From an archaeon (GTDB lineage: Archaea > Asgardarchaeota > Heimdallarchaeia > Heimdallarchaeales > JAJRWK01): a stretch of DNA of 16,668 nt. Below, piece by piece: positions 13,029 through 16,668 of this stretch. A program made the translations under genes and the position numbers. The notes beneath the pieces were generated by a model that saw only the letters and a program-made list of their open reading frames with translations, was not told the origin of the DNA and made no database searches. The stretch spans positions 1-16,668 of the forward strand of contig JAJRWK010000032.1 in assembly GCA_024276795.1 (NCBI GenBank), given 5' to 3'. How positions within the stretch are numbered: position 1 is the stretch's first letter; each line of letters begins with the position of its first letter.

Positions 13029-14305
13029 TGGGATTGACAAGCAATATTCCAATGAATAAACCAGAATATGATGACAAGAATGATAGAAGAGACCCAGATC
13101 AAGAATCCTTCAAGAATGAGGAAAATTATCGCGAAAAATACAAGTCTCTTTTTCAATCACTGCAGGTTTCGTTACCAGAATTCATCTTCGTTGTTGGCCT
13201 AGCGATTTTTTTCCTATTGTTTGGCTATGAAGGAAAATTTGTTGCTGGAGACTTAGAACTCGGATCATGGATGCTGATATTCCCTCTAACATTAGGCATT
13301 TGGCTCACTTTCCGCCCTTCAGAATGGGCAGTCCATGGATTAGACGCGGGTACTAAATATCTCAGACAAACAGACTATGTTGCAGGGGTAATCTCAAGTT
13401 TAGCTTCAAACTTACCAGAAGCAGTATTAGCATACTTATTCATAACATCAGGAACAGAAAACGGAGTCTTGATTGGTGTTGTATCAATCCTAGCTGCTGC
13501 TGGGTTCAATACCCTGCTTTTTGCGATTGTAGTTATTGCCGGTTCTTTGAATGAGGAAGGCGGATTTGAAGTAAAAGAGGAGACTATTTTTCAAGAGCTT
13601 GTGCTTATGAGGTGGGCTTTTGTTGCAATCTTCGTAATCGTGATTGTCGGAATTATTGAGCATATTCAGTTCTTGAGAGACAAAATCGCGACGGGAGAAG
13701 CGGCTATTAGTCAAAACCCCAACCTTCCTCGACTCGCAGCTCTTTTGCTTGGTGTCTCTTACTTGGTTTATTTGTTCAATTTAATCATAGCCCAGAGAAA
13801 AATCGCCTTGAAAAAGAATGGTGGTGCGTACATTTCCCAACCATCAATCAGTAAAACAACAACAGTTCTTCTCTTGTTACTTGGATTTATCGGAATTGCA
13901 CTTGGAGGAAAAATCATTGAGCAATCAATTCATGCTCTATTGGAACACTATGATCTAAAACCATTACTAGTCGCCTTAATTCTAGGTGGAGCAGGTTCTA
14001 TTCCAGAGCACGGAATAGCGCTACTAAGTGCAAGAAAGGAAAAAATTGATGTGGCAATCGGCAACACCATTGGTGGGATACTACAGACGACGCTTTTGTT
14101 GTTAGGTTTTTTCGGACTCATAACAAACATTCCGTTGGAACCATTCATCCTCATCCAGCTTGCGGCAACTGCTAGTGTTCTTTGGTTCATTAAAGTATCA
14201 ATACAGAATGACCATCGACTAGACCTCTATGAGGGAACAATGATACTGCTACTACAACTGTTCATTTTCTTGCTTTTCATCTTCGACATCACCACATTTA
14301 CTTAG
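13028..14305 (+). CDS. Divergent CaCA-family (Na+/Ca2+ exchanger / YrbG-like) cation antiporter
   Basis: Two alpha-repeat signatures are present. Alpha-1: GVISSLASNLPEAVLAYLFI...VSILAAAGFNTLLF. Alpha-2: GGAGSIPEHGIALLSARKEKIDVAIGNTIGGILQTTLLLLG, comparable to the GTSLPE...AARKG..DLALGNxIGSNIFN consensus. About 10 hydrophobic helices. The start is ambiguous: the ORF opens at TTG 12986, the first ATG is 13028, and ATG 13052 fits the TATA spacing best. Confidence 0.65.
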   Translation: MGLTSNIPMNKPEYDDKNDRRDPDQESFKNEENYREKYKSLFQSLQVSLPEFIFVVGLAIFFLLFGYEGKFVAGDLELGSWMLIFPLTLGIWLTFRPSEWAVHGLDAGTKYLRQTDYVAGVISSLASNLPEAVLAYLFITSGTENGVLIGVVSILAAAGFNTLLFAIVVIAGSLNEEGGFEVKEETIFQELVLMRWAFVAIFVIVIVGIIEHIQFLRDKIATGEAAISQNPNLPRLAALLLGVSYLVYLFNLIIAQRKIALKKNGGAYISQPSISKTTTVLLLLLGFIGIALGGKIIEQSIHALLEHYDLKPLLVALILGGAGSIPEHGIALLSARKEKIDVAIGNTIGGILQTTLLLLGFFGLITNIPLEPFILIQLAATASVLWFIKVSIQNDHRLDLYEGTMILLLQLFIFLLFIFDITTFT

Positions 14306-14424
14306 CAAGTCTCCGTTGTTCTCCTTCATCTTCTTTTCTTGACCTACCAAGAAGGATTAGTCTAAAGGGTTTGCTCAAGCACTTATACTTTTAAGAGAAG
14401 AGAACGATATGAAACACAAGGAAA

Positions 14425-14432
14425 GATATTTT
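14425..14432 (+). promoter_or_regulatory. Candidate TATA box (GATATTTT) for the MinD/ParA-like gene
   Basis: Centred about 26 nt upstream of the GTG at 14454. Confidence 0.35.
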
Positions 14433-14453
14433 GTTTCTAAGATTTAAGGGCTG

Positions 14454-15272
14454 GTGAGAAGAACGCCGACGATTACAACGTATAGCACAAGAGGAGGCAG
14501 TGGAAAAACACTGATTTCTGTGAATCTTGCGCAGTGGTTCGCAGAAGTAATGGGCAAAAAGACCGTAATCATTGACGCAGATATTGAAGCACCCTCCATC
14601 GACAAAATCTTCAAAACAGGTAAAGAAAGTAGAAGTTCTAACAAAACATGGGTTCACTACTTGGATAATTATTTTGAAAAAATCGACGAAGCAATACTCC
14701 CAACAAGTCATGATAACCTTTTCATGATTATTTCCCCTCCCCCTGAAATAGGAAAGAGATTCTTGGCCACGAAAAGATCAGAATGGTGGTCTATGGCACT
14801 AAAACGGAGCATTGTTGCCCAAAAAAGATTATTGGGAGAACTTGGCTTCGACTGGATAATCTTTGACAACCAATCAGGATTATCCATGAATAGTGTAAAC
14901 CACATGGCTCTTGCTGACAAAAGCCTACTAGTCCTGCGACCAGCGAACTATGGAGTAGATGCTACTCTCGAATTCCTACATGAAATGGTTTCGATTCTTC
15001 AGACTAAAATACAGTCACGGAGGGACTATTTTGCTTGGAACCAAGTTCCTAAACCTCAAAACGAGAAAGAAGAAGAGTTGCTCGAAATGTTCTTGGGTAA
15101 ATGGGAGCAATTTTTTGTAGATAGGGGGGTAAGGCCCACCGTCAGAATTCCTTATGTTCACAGCTTAGCAATAGAGCTTCTAAACAAAGAAGCTGGAATC
15201 TTTGCACATATCCTGGAATTCTATGAACACATTGACAGGATAGGGAAAATCTTGCTCAGTTCAGAAGACTGA
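14454..15272 (+). CDS. MinD/ParA-superfamily (SIMIBI) P-loop NTPase, atypical Walker motifs
   Basis: Deviant Walker A reads STRGGSGKTLISVNLA. A'/switch I region: VIIDADIEAPSIDKIF. Walker B-like: WIIFDNQSGLS. In-frame TAA at 14445. The Walker A precedes the first ATG, so the GTG at 14454 (or the CTG at 14451) must be the start. Confidence 0.8.
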   Translation: MRRTPTITTYSTRGGSGKTLISVNLAQWFAEVMGKKTVIIDADIEAPSIDKIFKTGKESRSSNKTWVHYLDNYFEKIDEAILPTSHDNLFMIISPPPEIGKRFLATKRSEWWSMALKRSIVAQKRLLGELGFDWIIFDNQSGLSMNSVNHMALADKSLLVLRPANYGVDATLEFLHEMVSILQTKIQSRRDYFAWNQVPKPQNEKEEELLEMFLGKWEQFFVDRGVRPTVRIPYVHSLAIELLNKEAGIFAHILEFYEHIDRIGKILLSSED

Positions 15273-15275
15273 GCG

Positions 15276-16304
15276 TTACAGATCAGCCAGGAAAGCAAAT
15301 GATTCAAGTATTCTTGTTCGCTGTTTTATGTCATTTCTTGCGTTTTTACGCTCTTGCTTAAGCTCACGATACTTTTTCTTAGCCCTAGCTAGTTCTCCTT
15401 CGATTACTGCTCTTTTCTGCTTCTTTTTGAAAACACCGAACAAAGATCTCTTTGACAGTTCCTTTTCAAGACTTGAGATCTCGTTTTCCAGAACAGAGAT
15501 CCTAGAAGAGAACTTATCGTTCAGGTTTTTTGTTTTCAAGAGAGCGTCAATTCTAGAAGTGATTATTTCTTTGTTAGCGTCTTTGATTTGAGACTTCTTG
15601 ACCCGTTTTTTCAAGAGTTCTAGTGTTTCAGGATTGATTGTTTTTTGGTTTTTCTCCCAGAATTCAGGATCTTCTCTAACTGCAATCAAGAATGAGTGCC
15701 ACATCTCGGAAGGAATATCTTTTGAGTTCTTGAGCGTAGTTGCAACTGCAAGCAGTTCCTTAGCGAAGAGGTAACCTCTTTGACAGGAATTGAAGGTTTT
15801 AATGAGGTCTAGCCATTCTTCACTGGTCTTGAAAAGTAAAAGAGCACTAATCATTCTCTTTTGTTCTGATCCTTGAACGAATCCTGCTTTTATGGAACAA
15901 AACTCTTCGTTCGGAGAAGAAGTGGATACATTGTCAGGTGGACACTGATAAAATAGGCAACTCTCTCCAATACAGATTTCCTTTGCGTGAATTGTATACC
16001 ATGTTAGTACTTCCTCGAGGTTTTCATCACTTAGGTTTTCCAGATCCTCCATTTCGCGCTCTTTTCGATCTACAAATAGTTTAAGTTCTTCAATAGTTTC
16101 AAATCCATTCGCTTTCGCTATTCTTTCAAGAGCTTTTTCAGTGGCAATGCGGATTTCATCATATTCCTCTGATTTTAGCAATTCAAGTAATCTGCTAGCG
16201 GCTCGTATGTCTCCTAAATCTCCTAGTTCAACGACCGCAACTTGTCTTTCCCAAATATGAGGAGAGGAAAGCTTGCGAATAAGCTCTTCGACTTCAAGAC
16301 TCAT
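15276..16304 (-). CDS. HEAT-repeat protein with a Cys cluster and a C-terminal coiled coil
   Basis: N-terminal PBS-lyase/HEAT-like repeats: LSSPHIWERQVAVVELGDLGDIRAASRLLELLKSEEYDEIRIATEKALERI. Central region: CIGESCLFYQCPP..(17)..C. The C-terminal ~110 aa are K/E-rich heptad-like sequence (ISVLENEISSLEKELSK..ARAKKKYRELKQERKNARNDIKQ). ATG start. The stop lies 3 bp from the stop of the convergent MinD-like gene. Confidence 0.75.
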   Translation of the reverse strand: MSLEVEELIRKLSSPHIWERQVAVVELGDLGDIRAASRLLELLKSEEYDEIRIATEKALERIAKANGFETIEELKLFVDRKEREMEDLENLSDENLEEVLTWYTIHAKEICIGESCLFYQCPPDNVSTSSPNEEFCSIKAGFVQGSEQKRMISALLLFKTSEEWLDLIKTFNSCQRGYLFAKELLAVATTLKNSKDIPSEMWHSFLIAVREDPEFWEKNQKTINPETLELLKKRVKKSQIKDANKEIITSRIDALLKTKNLNDKFSSRISVLENEISSLEKELSKRSLFGVFKKKQKRAVIEGELARAKKKYRELKQERKNARNDIKQRTRILESFAFLADL

Positions 16305-16385
16305 TTTTCTCGAAACGACCTACAATTTGACCAATTTGAACCTTAGCATAATGAACCACAAAATTAGAACAGCAAAAAGGAAATG

Positions 16386-16420
16386 AGAAAAAAAAGAAAA
16401 GGAGCGACTCGCTGTCGCTC
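16386..16420 (-). terminator. Hairpin plus oligo-T terminator downstream of the right-edge gene
   Basis: Minus-strand read: GAGCGAC-AGCGA-GTCGCTC, a perfect 7-bp GC-rich stem with a 5-nt loop (nt 16402-16420). It is followed immediately by CTTTTCTTTTTTTTCTC. It lies 31 nt after the stop at 16451 and upstream of the HEAT gene promoter region. Confidence 0.6.
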
Positions 16421-16450
16421 AAGCGCCTAAGTCTTTTCAGACTTCAGCGT

Positions 16451-16668
16451 TTACTTCTTGCGTCGAACGATGGGAACGACTGCAACTGCACCAAGAGCAG
16501 CAATCAATGCGAGGAATGGGCTGAAGGATACGAATCCTCCGTCTCCACCGCCTTGAGTGGCTCCGGCCTCGCGGATTCTCCACCATTGTTGAGCAGCAGA
16601 GCTGAGAAGAACGAAGTCAAATCCTTCCCAGATGTCTCTGTATGCCCAGTGGTCTTGTGAGTAGACCA
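16451..16668 (-). CDS. C-terminal end of a secreted/surface protein with a tripartite C-terminal anchor (5' part outside the window)
   Basis: The minus-strand frame is open to the window edge. It reads ...VYSQDHWAYRDIWEGFDFVLLSSAAQQWWRIREAGATQGGGDGGFVSFSPFLALIAALGAVAVVPIVRRKK*. This is a Gly-rich linker, an SPF motif, a hydrophobic helix and a basic tail. Confidence 0.6.
   Translation of the reverse strand, partial: VYSQDHWAYRDIWEGFDFVLLSSAAQQWWRIREAGATQGGGDGGFVSFSPFLALIAALGAVAVVPIVRRKK

Noticed and set aside
1219-15591. About 23 short ORFs of 60-109 aa in the supplied track that lie antisense to, or out of frame within, the long genes. Examples are 1219..1548, 2637..2945, 4042..4284, 6407..6613, 10174..10410, 12353..12643, 14391..14711 and 15328..15591.
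   Set aside because: All are fully embedded in much longer ORFs with clear domain content. Their translations are low-complexity or Ser/Cys/Phe-rich shadow-frame products. 9369..9560 even runs through the tRNA-Arg gene.
16323-16339. A tandem 8-mer, CAATTTGA-c-CAATTTGA, 19-35 nt upstream of the HEAT-protein start. It could be an operator.
   Set aside because: It is too short and AT-rich to distinguish from chance in intergenic DNA. It is mentioned under the HEAT-protein finding but not called as a feature.
1-16668. CRISPR arrays, tandem repeats, IS elements, rRNA.
   Set aside because: I found no regularly spaced direct repeats, no terminal inverted repeats and no rRNA-like conserved stretches on either strand.

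Overview
The window looks like an archaeal chromosomal segment, moderately AT-rich by eye. The archaeal call rests on two intron-containing tRNA genes with encoded CCA, TATA-like boxes about 26-31 nt upstream of start codons, and a heavily N-glycosylatable surface protein. I support 14 protein-coding genes (two cut by the window edges) and 2 tRNAs. The recognisable genes are ornithine carbamoyltransferase (argF), a four-CBS-domain protein, a luciferase-like (LLM) flavin/F420 oxidoreductase, a divergent CaCA-type cation/Ca2+ antiporter next to an ArsR-type regulator, and a MinD/ParA-type P-loop ATPase. The most interesting content is five otherwise uncharacterised proteins that all carry the same kind of ~100-aa alpha/beta module, which I read as longin/roadblock(LC7/MglB)-like. 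These are (1) a receptor-like type-I glycoprotein with the module plus a winged-helix-like tail in the cytosol, (2) an 8-TM membrane protein with the module at its C-terminus, (3) a soluble module+winged-helix protein, and (4, 5) a tightly linked pair of ~500-aa multi-module proteins. One member of that pair has a C-terminal half loosely resembling a DENN core. This pair resembles the eukaryotic heterodimeric longin-domain regulators of small GTPases, and no GTPase gene is in the window. All fold and family assignments for these five proteins are inferred from reading the primary sequence, with no searches or structure predictions run. No CRISPR array, transposase, integrase or rRNA was seen.
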